Of a DNA stretch of 41,071 bases, positions 1-8,684 are shown piece after piece; position 1 is the first letter of the stretch; every line of letters starts with the position of its first letter. Origin of the DNA: a virus (lineage: Duplodnaviria; Caudoviricetes); IMG/VR virus record IMGVR_UViG_3300025018_000260, positions 1 through 41,071 of that record; one strand, written 5' to 3'. Under the pieces are notes generated by a model. That model searched no databases. It was not told the origin of the DNA and saw only the letters and a list, made by a program, of their open reading frames with translations. The position numbers and the translations under genes were made by a program.

Positions 1-1275
1 CGCTTCGGACGCGGCTGGATCCTCACCGACGAGTCGGTGTCGTACTACATCCGCCGGGCCAACAACATCCAGCGCGGTGTGCACGAGAACCACGTGGACC
101 TCGTGCGCGGGCTGCTGCGCGCCAGCGGCAACGTCGTGACCGCGCACCGCGTCACCGGCCAGAAGCGCGAGGTGTTCGTGTCGGAGACCTGGCGCGACCA
201 CAAGGTCATCACCGTCCCCGTCGGCGTGCGCCGCGAGGAGCGGCTGGGCTGGCAGGAGGAGAAGGCAATCGCCGAGGCAGCGGCCAACCCCGAGCCCGTG
301 GTGGTCGTGCGTCCCGCCGACCCCGACCACCGGACCATCGCCGCCGAGGGCACCGACCCGTCGTTCAAGGAGAAGAAGCCCGTGACCGCCAAGCCCGTGA
401 CCGCCAAGACCGAGCCCGCACCCGATGAGCAGCACATGCAGCCCTTGGGCGAGGTGCAGGCGCAGATCCTGGCCGCGCTGATGTTCCGTGCAGGAGGGGT
501 GTCGGAGGAGAAGGTCGGTGAGGACGGCGTCAAGGTGTCAGCGTCCACGGCGTTGCTGCCCTTCCTCTCCGAGTCGCTGCCTTCCGCCACCCTGTCTGGA
601 ACGATTCGCTCGCTGGAGGAGCGTGGGTACGTCACGCGCCAGATGGCTCACGCCCGCTGGATGACTCGGGTGAGCGTGACGAGTGAAGGTCGCAAGGTGG
701 CCATGAGGATCAACTCCTACCGCCAGACCCGTCCCGTTCTTGCGGAGTGGATCGAGGCACGCGGGTCCTACGTGGGATCCACTCCGAGCAAGACCACCGA
801 GGAGATCGCTGCCGCCCTGGGCGAGCCGCACAACATGCACCGGGTGGGTGACGCGTTGCGCGCGCTGGAGTCGCAGGGAGCGATCCGTCGTGAGATGTCC
901 AGCGAGGCAGGGTGCGTCGCGTCCGTGCACTGGATCTCTGCTGGCATCCCTGCTGCGATCGGGTCGATGGGAGACCAGTCCTTCGATCCCGTGGACGAAC
1001 CGCTGGACGAGGCGGTGTTCGAGACCGCGCCCGTCGAGGATCCCGCACCCCGGATGCCCGCCCCCGAGTTCGGGGGCATCGAGGAGGCGCTGACCTTCAT
1101 CCAGGCGAAGTACGGCGAGATGAGGGTGTCTGCTGAGAAGCAGGACGACGCGCTGGCCGCGAAGTGCGGTGAGTTCGAGACCGCGCTCGACATGATCCGC
1201 GAGACCATCAACACTCAGGCTCCCTTTGCCGCCATCGCGGCGATCGACGGGATCCTCAAGGAGGTCGAGAAGTAG
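1..1275 (+). CDS. 5'-truncated protein with two probable winged-helix (MarR-like) domains and a C-terminal helical segment
   Basis: Frame is open from base 1 (RFGRGWILTDESVSYY...). Segments LSGTIRSLEERGYVTR...RVSVTSEG and TTEEIAAALG...VGDALRALESQGAIRR resemble wHTH recognition helix plus wing. Confidence 0.6.
   Translation, partial: RFGRGWILTDESVSYYIRRANNIQRGVHENHVDLVRGLLRASGNVVTAHRVTGQKREVFVSETWRDHKVITVPVGVRREERLGWQEEKAIAEAAANPEPVVVVRPADPDHRTIAAEGTDPSFKEKKPVTAKPVTAKTEPAPDEQHMQPLGEVQAQILAALMFRAGGVSEEKVGEDGVKVSASTALLPFLSESLPSATLSGTIRSLEERGYVTRQMAHARWMTRVSVTSEGRKVAMRINSYRQTRPVLAEWIEARGSYVGSTPSKTTEEIAAALGEPHNMHRVGDALRALESQGAIRREMSSEAGCVASVHWISAGIPAAIGSMGDQSFDPVDEPLDEAVFETAPVEDPAPRMPAPEFGGIEEALTFIQAKYGEMRVSAEKQDDALAAKCGEFETALDMIRETINTQAPFAAIAAIDGILKEVEK
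376..405 (+). repeat. 15-bp tandem duplication AAGCCCGTGACCGCC x2 (KPVTA-KPVTA linker)
   Basis: Direct repeat read in the sequence. Confidence 0.9.
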
Positions 1276-1422
1276 TTGGGCACGTTGCTGCTGATCCTGC
1301 TCACCGTCGGGGGTGCCGCGCTCGTGCGGCGCTTCCGCAACCGCAACCGGGACATCGAGTTCCGTGACCGCGTTCAGCGTCAGATCACCCGGGGCGCGAT
1401 CAGGGTGTACCGCCATGGCTGA
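1276..1422 (+). CDS. Small membrane protein (48 aa, one hydrophobic segment plus basic tail)
   Basis: TTG start immediately after the upstream stop; MGTLLLILLTVGGAALVRRFRNRNRD...; its stop overlaps the next gene's start. Below the ORF-track cutoff. Confidence 0.55.
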   Translation: MGTLLLILLTVGGAALVRRFRNRNRDIEFRDRVQRQITRGAIRVYRHG

Positions 1423-1741
1423 CCCGATCCCCGGCGTGAGCGAAAGCATCCGCTCCAAGGCCCACGGCTACCTGACCTCGGGAGCAGTGCAGGTCTACGA
1501 GGCGGAGCAGGAGCCGACGCTGCGCGCGCTGGTGCTGGTGAAGGGCAGCGCCAAGGATCCCTACCGCGTGCTCATCAGCGGCAGGGTGGTGACGTGCGAC
1601 TGCCCTGCCCGGGTGTGGGGCTGCGCCCACGTCGTGGCCGCACTGCTGGTGTTGGAGGTTCCCGACCCCCGGGAGCAGGACGCCCCCGGCGAGGAGGACC
1701 CGGCGCTCAGCGATGAGATCGACGCGCTCCTCGGAGGATAG
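1415..1741 (+). CDS. SWIM zinc-finger protein
   Basis: V-x-GS...PYRV...TCDCPARVWGCAHVVAALL matches the SWIM CxC-x(n)-CxH pattern; ATG at 1415. Confidence 0.8.
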   Translation: MADPIPGVSESIRSKAHGYLTSGAVQVYEAEQEPTLRALVLVKGSAKDPYRVLISGRVVTCDCPARVWGCAHVVAALLVLEVPDPREQDAPGEEDPALSDEIDALLGG

Positions 1742-1771
1742 TTGACACGTGTCACCTGCATGAGTTACACT
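1742..1771 (+). promoter_or_regulatory. Housekeeping-sigma promoter TTGACA-N18-TACACT with overlapping palindrome TGACACGTGTCA
   Basis: Consensus -35 and TAnnnT -10 in an intergenic gap upstream of the HicA-like gene; near-identical element at 14165. Confidence 0.75.
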
Positions 1772-1814
1772 TGTCTCGCAAGGCCGGGAGGGTCCTGGCC
1801 GGACGAGGCGGTGC

Positions 1815-2018
1815 ATGATGCAAGACCCCGAGGTGAAGAAGTGGGCACGGGTGGCCAAGAAGGCGGGCTGGCGAGTGGAGCCCACCAAGAAGGGCCACAT
1901 CACCTTCCTCCACCCGGACAAGACCGTCCCACCGATCGTGGTGGCGGGCACCCCCAGCGACCGGCGCGGGCGCAAGAACGCGCTGGCCCGCTTCAAGCGT
2001 TACGGGCTGGACTTGTGA
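1815..2018 (+). CDS. HicA-like mRNA interferase (dsRBD fold), no adjacent HicB
   Basis: Basic 67-aa protein with GWRVEPTKKGHITFLHPD...TPSD.R...N...KRYG, the HicA-like pattern common in actinophages. Confidence 0.7.
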   Translation: MMQDPEVKKWARVAKKAGWRVEPTKKGHITFLHPDKTVPPIVVAGTPSDRRGRKNALARFKRYGLDL

Positions 2019-2034
2019 GGATCCGGCCCCAGGC

Positions 2035-2044
2035 GCGTACAAGG
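2035..2044 (+). promoter_or_regulatory. Start-proximal motif GCGTACAAGG (copy 1 of 4 intergenic)
   Basis: Exact 10-mer 6 nt before ATG 2051; also at 2963, 9604 and 14660. Confidence 0.65.
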
Positions 2045-2050
2045 ATCACC

Positions 2051-2263
2051 ATGAGCATCGAATCCAAGATCTCCGCTGCGGCGGTGCAGACCCCCCGCCC
2101 CCACGTGCCTGCGCTCGTGGGGGTGATCGCGCTGGAGCCTGACGAGGTCGGCCAGCCCACCCTCGACATCGAGGGCCGCGATGCCAACTGGCAGGGGCCG
2201 ATGTGCTTCGTGTGCGAGCAGTACCTCCCGGCAGCAGGTCCGTGCCCCGGGGAGCCCACGTAG
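2051..2263 (+). CDS. Hypothetical protein with C-terminal CxxC...CP motif
   Basis: MSIESKISAAAV...MCFVCEQYLPAAGPCPG; stop overlaps the next start (TAGTG). Confidence 0.6.
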   Translation: MSIESKISAAAVQTPRPHVPALVGVIALEPDEVGQPTLDIEGRDANWQGPMCFVCEQYLPAAGPCPGEPT

Positions 2264-2445
2264 TGCTGCTGCGCGCGCTGGTGGAGTGCACCAAGTGCGG
2301 GCTGGACCTCGACGGGGTGTGGCACGTCCCTGACGCCGAGACCATGGACGAGGTGTACGACGTGCCCCCGGCGCTGATGGTGTGCCCCTGCGGCCACGAG
2401 GAGCAGGTGGAGTACCCCGGCTGGATGCACACCAACGAGGCGTGA
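2263..2445 (+). CDS. Small zinc-ribbon protein
   Basis: ECTKCG...VCPCGH; GTG start coupled to the upstream stop. Confidence 0.65.
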   Translation: MLLRALVECTKCGLDLDGVWHVPDAETMDEVYDVPPALMVCPCGHEEQVEYPGWMHTNEA

Positions 2446-2446
2446 G

Positions 2447-2470
2447 GTCGGGGCTGGACCAGGCCGATGC
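2447..2470 (+). promoter_or_regulatory. Bipartite phage promoter GTCG-N12-GCCGATGC
   Basis: One of 7 copies with conserved spacing. Confidence 0.65.
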
Positions 2471-2524
2471 CTAGAGTCGATGCTGGTGATTCTTCCTCAC
2501 CTCGACCTCAAGAAGGAGCGCATC

Positions 2525-2797
2525 ATGCCGACGACCAACCCCACCCGCAAGAACGAGGACGCCGAGGCCCCCGACGGACCGTCCCAGACCGGCCCGGCTG
2601 ACGCCGAGCCGCGTTCGGAGTCCCAGCCCGGTCCCACCCCCGGGGCCGACACCACGTCCTCCACGAGCGAGGCGACCGGTGGCACCGGGTTCGGCTACGG
2701 CGCGCCCAAGGCCGACAAGGACAAGCCCTCGCTGTACCAGGGCGTGGACGACGTGGACCACGGCGGGGCCGACTTCGGGTACGGCAATCCTCGATGA
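2525..2797 (+). CDS. Low-complexity, probably disordered protein with two GFGYG/DFGYG motifs
   Basis: RBS AAGGAG before ATG 2525; rich in P, T, D and G. Confidence 0.65.
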   Translation: MPTTNPTRKNEDAEAPDGPSQTGPADAEPRSESQPGPTPGADTTSSTSEATGGTGFGYGAPKADKDKPSLYQGVDDVDHGGADFGYGNPR

Positions 2798-2940
2798 GTC
2801 TCGGCACCCTCCTCGTCCTCATCGGGCTGATCCTGGCCGTCGTAGCGCTGTTCGTGATCAACCGCTACCTGCTGCCCGCCTCAGTCATCGCCGTCGCCGT
2901 CGGTGTGCTGGTCGGCGCGGGATCCCTCATCACCTCGTAG
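2794..2940 (+). CDS. Small two-TM membrane protein (48 aa)
   Basis: MSLGTLLVLIGLILAVVALFVINRYLLPASVIAVAVGVLVGAGSLITS; ATGA overlap with the upstream stop. Confidence 0.7.
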   Translation: MSLGTLLVLIGLILAVVALFVINRYLLPASVIAVAVGVLVGAGSLITS

Positions 2941-2962
2941 TTGCACACCTGGGGGTCGTGAG

Positions 2963-2972
2963 GCGTACAAGG
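2963..2972 (+). promoter_or_regulatory. Start-proximal motif GCGTACAAGG (copy 2)
   Basis: 4 nt before GTG 2977. Confidence 0.65.
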
Positions 2973-2976
2973 TGAC

Positions 2977-4062
2977 GTGATCGACCGCGTCAGCATCCAG
3001 AACTTCCAGAGCCTCACCGATGTGCGGCTCCGCATGGGCCGCTTCACCGCGCTGGTGGGGCGGTCCTCGTCGGGCAAGAGCGCGGTGGTCCGCGCTCTGC
3101 AACTTCTCGCGCACAACGCCCGGGGCACGTCGTACGTGACCGAGGGCCAGACCATCGCCACGGTGGCAGCCGACATCGGCGACGTGACCGTGGCTGTGCG
3201 GCGGGGCAAGGGCACCAGCGAGTACGTGCTGCGCCGCGAGGACACCGCGCCGGAGAAGTTCACGAAGTGCTCCACCAGTGTCCCTGACGAGGTGTCGGTG
3301 GCCATGGGGTTCGCCGAGGTGCAGGGGATCGACCTCAACTTCGCCGGGCAGTTCGACGCGCCGTTCCTGCTGCGCGAGACCGGCACCACCGTGGCCAAGG
3401 TGCTGGGAGACCTCACCCAGGTCAACGTGCTGTACGAGGCGAGCCGCGAGGCCAACCGTCGGCGCAAGGAGGTCGGGGGCAAGGTCAAGAGCGCGCGCGA
3501 GGAACGCGATCGGCTCAAGGACGCGCTCCAGCAGTACCGCGATCTCAGGGAGCACGATCAGATGCTCACCAGCGCCCGCGAGAGCCGCGCTTCGCTCGCG
3601 GTGCAGGTCCAGCACCGCGATGACCTCCTGCGTGCTGTGGAGCGCGCTGAGCGCGTGGCCAAGGCCACCGACCTGATTGCCGAGCGCCAGGCTGCGCTGG
3701 TGACGATCGACCGCGCCGAGATCGAGGTGCTGGCCGAGCGCGCCGCGCAGGCCACGGCGTTCCGCCGCGCCGCCGAGGACGCGACGTACCACAGCGATCG
3801 GCTGGCCTCGATCCACGAGCAGCAGGCGTTGCCGGGAGTGTCTGTTGACGAGGTCGCGTCGCTGCTGGCCCGCCAGGAGCAGGCCACCGCGTTGCGTGCC
3901 GCAGCGGACGCCGCCGACCGGCACGAGGAGATCGCCCAGGAGGCCACCGCGCTCGCCGCCGAGCACGAGGCTCGTGCACGCGAACTCCGCGAGCAGGCCC
4001 AGGAGTTGTTGAAGGACCACGGGTGCCCGACCTGCGGTCGCGAGTGGGAGGACGCGGCATGA
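2977..4062 (+). CDS. sbcC: SbcC/Rad50-like ATPase, N-terminal half only (Walker A, Q-loop, coiled coil, zinc hook)
   Basis: IQNFQS...LVGRSSSGKSAVVRAL, FAGQFD Q-loop and a long coiled coil, ending at CPTCG; no Walker B. Confidence 0.85.
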   Translation: MIDRVSIQNFQSLTDVRLRMGRFTALVGRSSSGKSAVVRALQLLAHNARGTSYVTEGQTIATVAADIGDVTVAVRRGKGTSEYVLRREDTAPEKFTKCSTSVPDEVSVAMGFAEVQGIDLNFAGQFDAPFLLRETGTTVAKVLGDLTQVNVLYEASREANRRRKEVGGKVKSAREERDRLKDALQQYRDLREHDQMLTSARESRASLAVQVQHRDDLLRAVERAERVAKATDLIAERQAALVTIDRAEIEVLAERAAQATAFRRAAEDATYHSDRLASIHEQQALPGVSVDEVASLLARQEQATALRAAADAADRHEEIAQEATALAAEHEARARELREQAQELLKDHGCPTCGREWEDAA

Positions 4063-5030
4063 GGCTGCTGATCGTGGGTGACGTGCATCTGGCAGACCGC
4101 CCGCCGTCGATGCGCACCGAGAACTACACCGACGAGGTGTTCGCGAAGTTGGCCGAGTGCAACGCGCTCGCCGCCGAGCACGGCGTGGATGCGGTGGTAC
4201 AGGCGGGCGACCTGTTCCACATCAAGGCCCCCAGCCGCAACTCCCACCGGATGGTGCACCGGTTCATCACCGACGTGATGGAGCCCGCACCGGTCCCGTG
4301 GTGGGTCGTGCCCGGCAACCACGACATGACCCACGACCGGCTCTCGTCCCTGCCCAACCAGCCTCTCGGGGTGCTGTTCGAGGCGGGCCTCAACCGGCTC
4401 ATGGGGGAGTGCGAGATCGGCGACGGCGTGGTGTACGGGGTCCCCTACTTGCAGGAGTGGGCCGAACTTCCCGAGGTGTGGGGTACGGCGTGGCGCGAGG
4501 GTCCTGCGGGGCTGTGCGTGGCGCACGCGAGCATCTTCCCCAACGACGACCGCCCGCTGTTCGAGCACTTCTCCGCCGACGAGTGGGAGGAGGACATGGG
4601 CGTCCCCGACGCGTTCCCCGGCGCGCACGTGTACTTCGGCCACATCCACGACCGCTACGGCACCTTCACCTCGTCGTCTGGCAAGACGCTGTTCTGCAAC
4701 CAGGGGGCGCTGACGCGCGGGTCGCTGGCCGAGCACGACGTGAAGCGCGAGGTCGCGGTCACGCTGTACGACGACCAGCAGGACATCCCCTTCGAGGCCA
4801 TCCCGCTCAAGAGCGTCAAGCCCGCCAGCGAGGTGTTCCGCATGGCCCAGCACGAGGCCGAGCAGAACCGCGCCGTGCGGCTGGACGAGTTCCTGTCCCA
4901 GGTCAACGAGACCGAGTTGGGCCAGGTGAGCGTCGAGAGCGTGCTGGCCGAGGTTGCCGCCAACACCGCCATCGGCGAGGACACCCGCCGTGAGATCCGT
5001 GAGTGCCTTGAGGAGGCCATGAACGCATGA
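4059..5030 (+). CDS. sbcD: SbcD/Mre11-like metallophosphoesterase nuclease
   Basis: Motifs GDVH, AGDLFH, PGNHD, AH, FGHIH, NQG; ATGA-coupled to the SbcC N-half. Confidence 0.9.
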   Translation: MRLLIVGDVHLADRPPSMRTENYTDEVFAKLAECNALAAEHGVDAVVQAGDLFHIKAPSRNSHRMVHRFITDVMEPAPVPWWVVPGNHDMTHDRLSSLPNQPLGVLFEAGLNRLMGECEIGDGVVYGVPYLQEWAELPEVWGTAWREGPAGLCVAHASIFPNDDRPLFEHFSADEWEEDMGVPDAFPGAHVYFGHIHDRYGTFTSSSGKTLFCNQGALTRGSLAEHDVKREVAVTLYDDQQDIPFEAIPLKSVKPASEVFRMAQHEAEQNRAVRLDEFLSQVNETELGQVSVESVLAEVAANTAIGEDTRREIRECLEEAMNA

Positions 5031-5722
5031 GGACCCGAGACATCAAGAAGGGCGTGACCTACGCCACCGCTGACGGCAAGCCCGTCATCGTCCAGACCGA
5101 CGCGAGCGGGGAGATCCACAGCCGCTGGCAGCGCCACGTGGACGGCACCGCCGTCACGATCGTGGACATCTCGGGAGGCAAGCCTGCTCCCGAGGACCCG
5201 TGGAAGAAGTCGGTGAAGTCCGCGCCCCGGAGCGGCTACCTCACGGGACGCCCCGGGCTTCGCGTGCAGGTGCACCAGCACGACGGCAAGGGCCGGGTGC
5301 TGGAGGCCCAGGGGCGCGAGCAGGTGATGGACGCCAAGGAGTTGGTCGGCACGTGGAAGGACTTCGTGACCCTCCACCCCGACGTGGTGAAGAACCGCTA
5401 CGACAAGGCGGTGCAGCAGTGGCTCAGCGCGGAGTTCCAGGCGCACATCGAGGCGCTGAACCAGCGCTTGCCCGACGGCGTGGAGATCACCGTGTCGGCC
5501 CGGTACTCCCGCAAGGACGACGGAACGGACGGGTACCGCCACATCGTCAGGCTGGCGATGGAGGCGGAGGGCGAGTTCGACTCGCGAGATCACGGACCGA
5601 AGGACTGGGCGCTGGTCATGTCGGTGCTGGGGCAGGCGCACATGCTGGCCGACGAGTTCATGGAGGCCGCAGCCGCGATCAAGCCCCTCGCGCCCGTGGC
5701 GCGCAGGAAGGTCCGGCAGTGA
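5027..5722 (+). CDS. Hypothetical protein
   Basis: Coupled at both ends; typical high-GC3 codon usage. Confidence 0.7.
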   Translation: MRTRDIKKGVTYATADGKPVIVQTDASGEIHSRWQRHVDGTAVTIVDISGGKPAPEDPWKKSVKSAPRSGYLTGRPGLRVQVHQHDGKGRVLEAQGREQVMDAKELVGTWKDFVTLHPDVVKNRYDKAVQQWLSAEFQAHIEALNQRLPDGVEITVSARYSRKDDGTDGYRHIVRLAMEAEGEFDSRDHGPKDWALVMSVLGQAHMLADEFMEAAAAIKPLAPVARRKVRQ

Positions 5723-7575
5723 CCGAGTGGAGCGATGGACGCGACCGTGTGCAGGCGCGCGTGCTGGCGGACTCGATCAGCCCCGAGGGGAACCGGCTCA
5801 CCACGTTCGAGGTGACCCACCACCGCTTCGTGCTGGCGGAGTTCAACACACACCGGATGCTCTCGCGCAACTCCGCGAGCAGCAGGGCCGTGCCGATCGA
5901 GAAGCAGGTGGAGCGCGTCATGGAGCGCCCGGCCATGCCGGTGGAGTTCGGCTCCAACCAGCGCGGGATGCAGGCAGGAGCGCCGCTGGAGGGCCACGAG
6001 TTGTGGGCTGCCAGGCAGACGTGGCTGCGTGCCCGCGATGAGGCAGTGACCGCTGCCCAGACCATGATCAATCTGGGCGTCCACAAGCAGGTCGCGAACC
6101 GTGTGCTGGAGCCCTTCATGTGGAACACCGCGATCATCAGCGCGACCGACTGGGAGGGCTTCTGGCACCAGCGCTGCTCTCCCCTCGCTCAGCCTGAGAT
6201 CCGGGTCGCTGCTGAGGCCATGCGCGAGGCGTACCTGCACAGCGATCCGACCCTGCTCCAGCCTGGCGAGTGGCACACCCCGCTGATCCAGCCCGACGAG
6301 GACTACGACGTGCTGGCCCGCACGGCGGGAAAGCCCGAGAACAAGGACCCCGTGGGTCTCCGCAAGCGCGTGAGTGCGGCACGCTGCGCCCGCGTGTCGT
6401 ATCTGACCCACGACGGGGAGCGCGACATCACCGCCGACCTCGCCCTGTACGACCGGCTCGTGACCGCCGACCCGATGCACGCCTGTTACGACGACCAGAC
6501 CGAGATCCTGACCGATCGGGGGTTCCGTCCTCTGTCCGAGATCACCACCGCTGACGTGGTGGGGGTGTGGGACGCCGAGGCAGGCACGCTTCGCTATGAG
6601 CAGCCGCGTGCGATCCACTCCTACGACTACGACGGCCCGATGCACCGCATCGAGCATCCCAAGGTTGATCTGTTGGTCACCCCCAACCACCGCATGTGGG
6701 TGTCGCAGCGGTCCAATCACGGGGCGGGAGGGATCGTGTGGAAGACACCTCGGGTGGTCGAGGCCCGCCACCTCGGGGATAAGTCGATGGTGCGCTATCA
6801 CAAGGCTGCTCCGCTGATCGACGCCCCTGACGTGAAGATGGACCACCTGCCTTACGCCGATGACCACGACGCGCTACTGACCCTGGTGGGGTTCTTCCTG
6901 GGCGATGGCCACGCTGCCCGACACGCGGACTACAACCCCAACCGGATCACGTTCCACCTTCGGGTGCCTCGCAAGATCATCTTCCTCCGCCACCTCGCTG
7001 ATCGTTTGGGTTGGCCGTTGCTGGAGCAGGCGGGTGGCACCTACGCCTTCGCGGTCGAGGACGTGGGTCGCAAGTTCCGGTCATCGTTCTACGACGACGA
7101 AGATCGCAAGATCCTGGCTGGCACTTTCAACCAGAAGCAGTCCCTCGCCATCCTTGACGGGCTTCGCAACTCCGACGGCTCGGTGAAGCGCAAGACGTGG
7201 GTCTACGACACCACCAGCGAGCCGCTGCGGGACGCCATCGAGCAGTTGCTGCTGCACGCTGGTCTGTCGTGGTCGCGGGCTGGCGACGGCGTCTACGAGC
7301 ATGGACGATTCCGCCTGTCGATCCACACTGTGACCGATCCGGTCGTCAACCAGGGGCGGCGCAACACGTCGGTGGAGCATTACACCGGCAAGGTCTGGTG
7401 CCCGACTGTCAGCACAGGGTTGGTGGTCGTCCGCCGTAACGGCCAGGTCGTGATCTGTGGGAACTCCCCGCTGGAGCACGTGGCTACGCCGTTCCGGCAG
7501 AAGCGCGATGGGCGAGGACGCCGTGGCAACTTCACCGGCTGGACCCAGCACCGCCACGAGGTGAGCGACACGTGA
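5719..7575 (+). CDS. thyX: Flavin-dependent thymidylate synthase ThyX containing an intein
   Basis: AEFNTHRMLSRNSASSRA, HKQVANR, SAARCARVSY, and HA|SPLEH interrupted by the intein; GTG start at 5719 overlaps the upstream stop. Confidence 0.9.
   Translation: MTEWSDGRDRVQARVLADSISPEGNRLTTFEVTHHRFVLAEFNTHRMLSRNSASSRAVPIEKQVERVMERPAMPVEFGSNQRGMQAGAPLEGHELWAARQTWLRARDEAVTAAQTMINLGVHKQVANRVLEPFMWNTAIISATDWEGFWHQRCSPLAQPEIRVAAEAMREAYLHSDPTLLQPGEWHTPLIQPDEDYDVLARTAGKPENKDPVGLRKRVSAARCARVSYLTHDGERDITADLALYDRLVTADPMHACYDDQTEILTDRGFRPLSEITTADVVGVWDAEAGTLRYEQPRAIHSYDYDGPMHRIEHPKVDLLVTPNHRMWVSQRSNHGAGGIVWKTPRVVEARHLGDKSMVRYHKAAPLIDAPDVKMDHLPYADDHDALLTLVGFFLGDGHAARHADYNPNRITFHLRVPRKIIFLRHLADRLGWPLLEQAGGTYAFAVEDVGRKFRSSFYDDEDRKILAGTFNQKQSLAILDGLRNSDGSVKRKTWVYDTTSEPLRDAIEQLLLHAGLSWSRAGDGVYEHGRFRLSIHTVTDPVVNQGRRNTSVEHYTGKVWCPTVSTGLVVVRRNGQVVICGNSPLEHVATPFRQKRDGRGRRGNFTGWTQHRHEVSDT
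6484..7464 (+). mobile_element. Intein (327 aa) with LAGLIDADG endonuclease in ThyX
   Basis: Starts CYDDQTEILTDRGF; block B VTPNHRM; LVGFFLGDG and LDGLRNSDGS; ends VICGN before +1 Ser. Confidence 0.9.
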
Positions 7576-8135
7576 TCGTGGGACTCATGGGACCGATGAA
7601 CTGCGGCAAGGACACCGTGGGCCGGGTGCTGATCAACCGGCACAACTTCGCCCGGTTCGCGTTCGCCGACGCCGTGAAGGACGCCGCTCTCGCGCTGGAT
7701 CCGATCGTGTCGGCGGGGGAGATCTCGGACAAGCCGCTCCGGCTGAGCGACGTCATCGCCCGGCTGGGATCCATGGAGGAGGCGAAGAAGCACCCCGAGG
7801 TCCGCAGGACGCTCCAGCGGTTGGGTACCGAGGTGGGTCGGGAGGTCATCGACCCCGACGTGTGGGTGTCGATCGTGAGCCGCCGCATCCGCGACATCTC
7901 GCGCGTGGTGATCACCGACGTCCGCTTCCCCAACGAGGCGGCGTGGATCGCGGAGGAGGGCGGCGTGCTCGTGCGCATCCGCCGCGACGGCACCGGAGGC
8001 GACGCGCACGCCAGCGAGAGCGTGCTGGAGCACATCGAGGCCGACTTCGAGTTCGACAACAACATCCCGCTGGACGAGGTGCCCGCGCACGTGAGCGCGA
8101 TGCTGGCCGAGTTCGCGTGGAAGGGAGACAACTGA
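7572..8135 (+). CDS. Deoxynucleoside monophosphate kinase (T4 gp1-like)
   Basis: GLMGPMNCGKDT, FADAVK, RRTLQRLGTEVGR, ITDVRFPNEA, HASE. Confidence 0.9.
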   Translation: MIVGLMGPMNCGKDTVGRVLINRHNFARFAFADAVKDAALALDPIVSAGEISDKPLRLSDVIARLGSMEEAKKHPEVRRTLQRLGTEVGREVIDPDVWVSIVSRRIRDISRVVITDVRFPNEAAWIAEEGGVLVRIRRDGTGGDAHASESVLEHIEADFEFDNNIPLDEVPAHVSAMLAEFAWKGDN

Positions 8136-8641
8136 TGGACGTGGTGGTGTTCGACAAGGACTCGACGCTGTTCGACACGAGCGGACGGCACGGTCTGATC
8201 AACCGCGAGGACCGCGACGCGACGGACTGGGTCGCCTACTCCAAGGCGTGCGACCTCGACCTGCCCAACCACGGCACGATCGCGCTCGCGCGGCTACTGC
8301 ACCGCAAGGGCGTGGTCATCGTCGTGCTGACCGGCGCGAACGAGGAGGCCGAGCGAGAGGTCCGCGTCCAACTCGATGAGCACGACGTGCCCTTCGACTT
8401 CCTCCTCATGCGCCGCGCAGATGAGACCCGCTCCAATGGGGCGATGAAGGTTGCCTACCTGCGGGAGTTCATGGCGCGCTTCCCCGATGCCGACATCCAC
8501 TTCGTGGTCGAGGACTGGGGTCCCGCAGCCGACGATATCTACGACGGGCTGGAGATCCCGGCGGTGGTCATCAACCCGCGCTACAGCGAGAAGAAGCCCG
8601 AGGTCGAGTCCATCGAGGCCGAGAGCGCGTACCTCGCGTGA
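8135..8641 (+). CDS. HAD-family phosphatase (PNKP 3'-phosphatase-like)
   Basis: VVFDKDSTL (DxDxT), LTG, LLMR...K, VED motifs. Confidence 0.8.
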   Translation: MDVVVFDKDSTLFDTSGRHGLINREDRDATDWVAYSKACDLDLPNHGTIALARLLHRKGVVIVVLTGANEEAEREVRVQLDEHDVPFDFLLMRRADETRSNGAMKVAYLREFMARFPDADIHFVVEDWGPAADDIYDGLEIPAVVINPRYSEKKPEVESIEAESAYLA

Positions 8642-8684
8642 GCACGGTCACGGTGAAGGTCGCTGGCCTAGAGAGGATCAAGCG

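Noticed and set aside
2977-4062. SbcC N-half as a pseudogene or frameshift
   Set aside because: It ends cleanly after the zinc hook and is coupled to sbcD, no continuation exists in another frame, and an intact complementary half is present at 14671.
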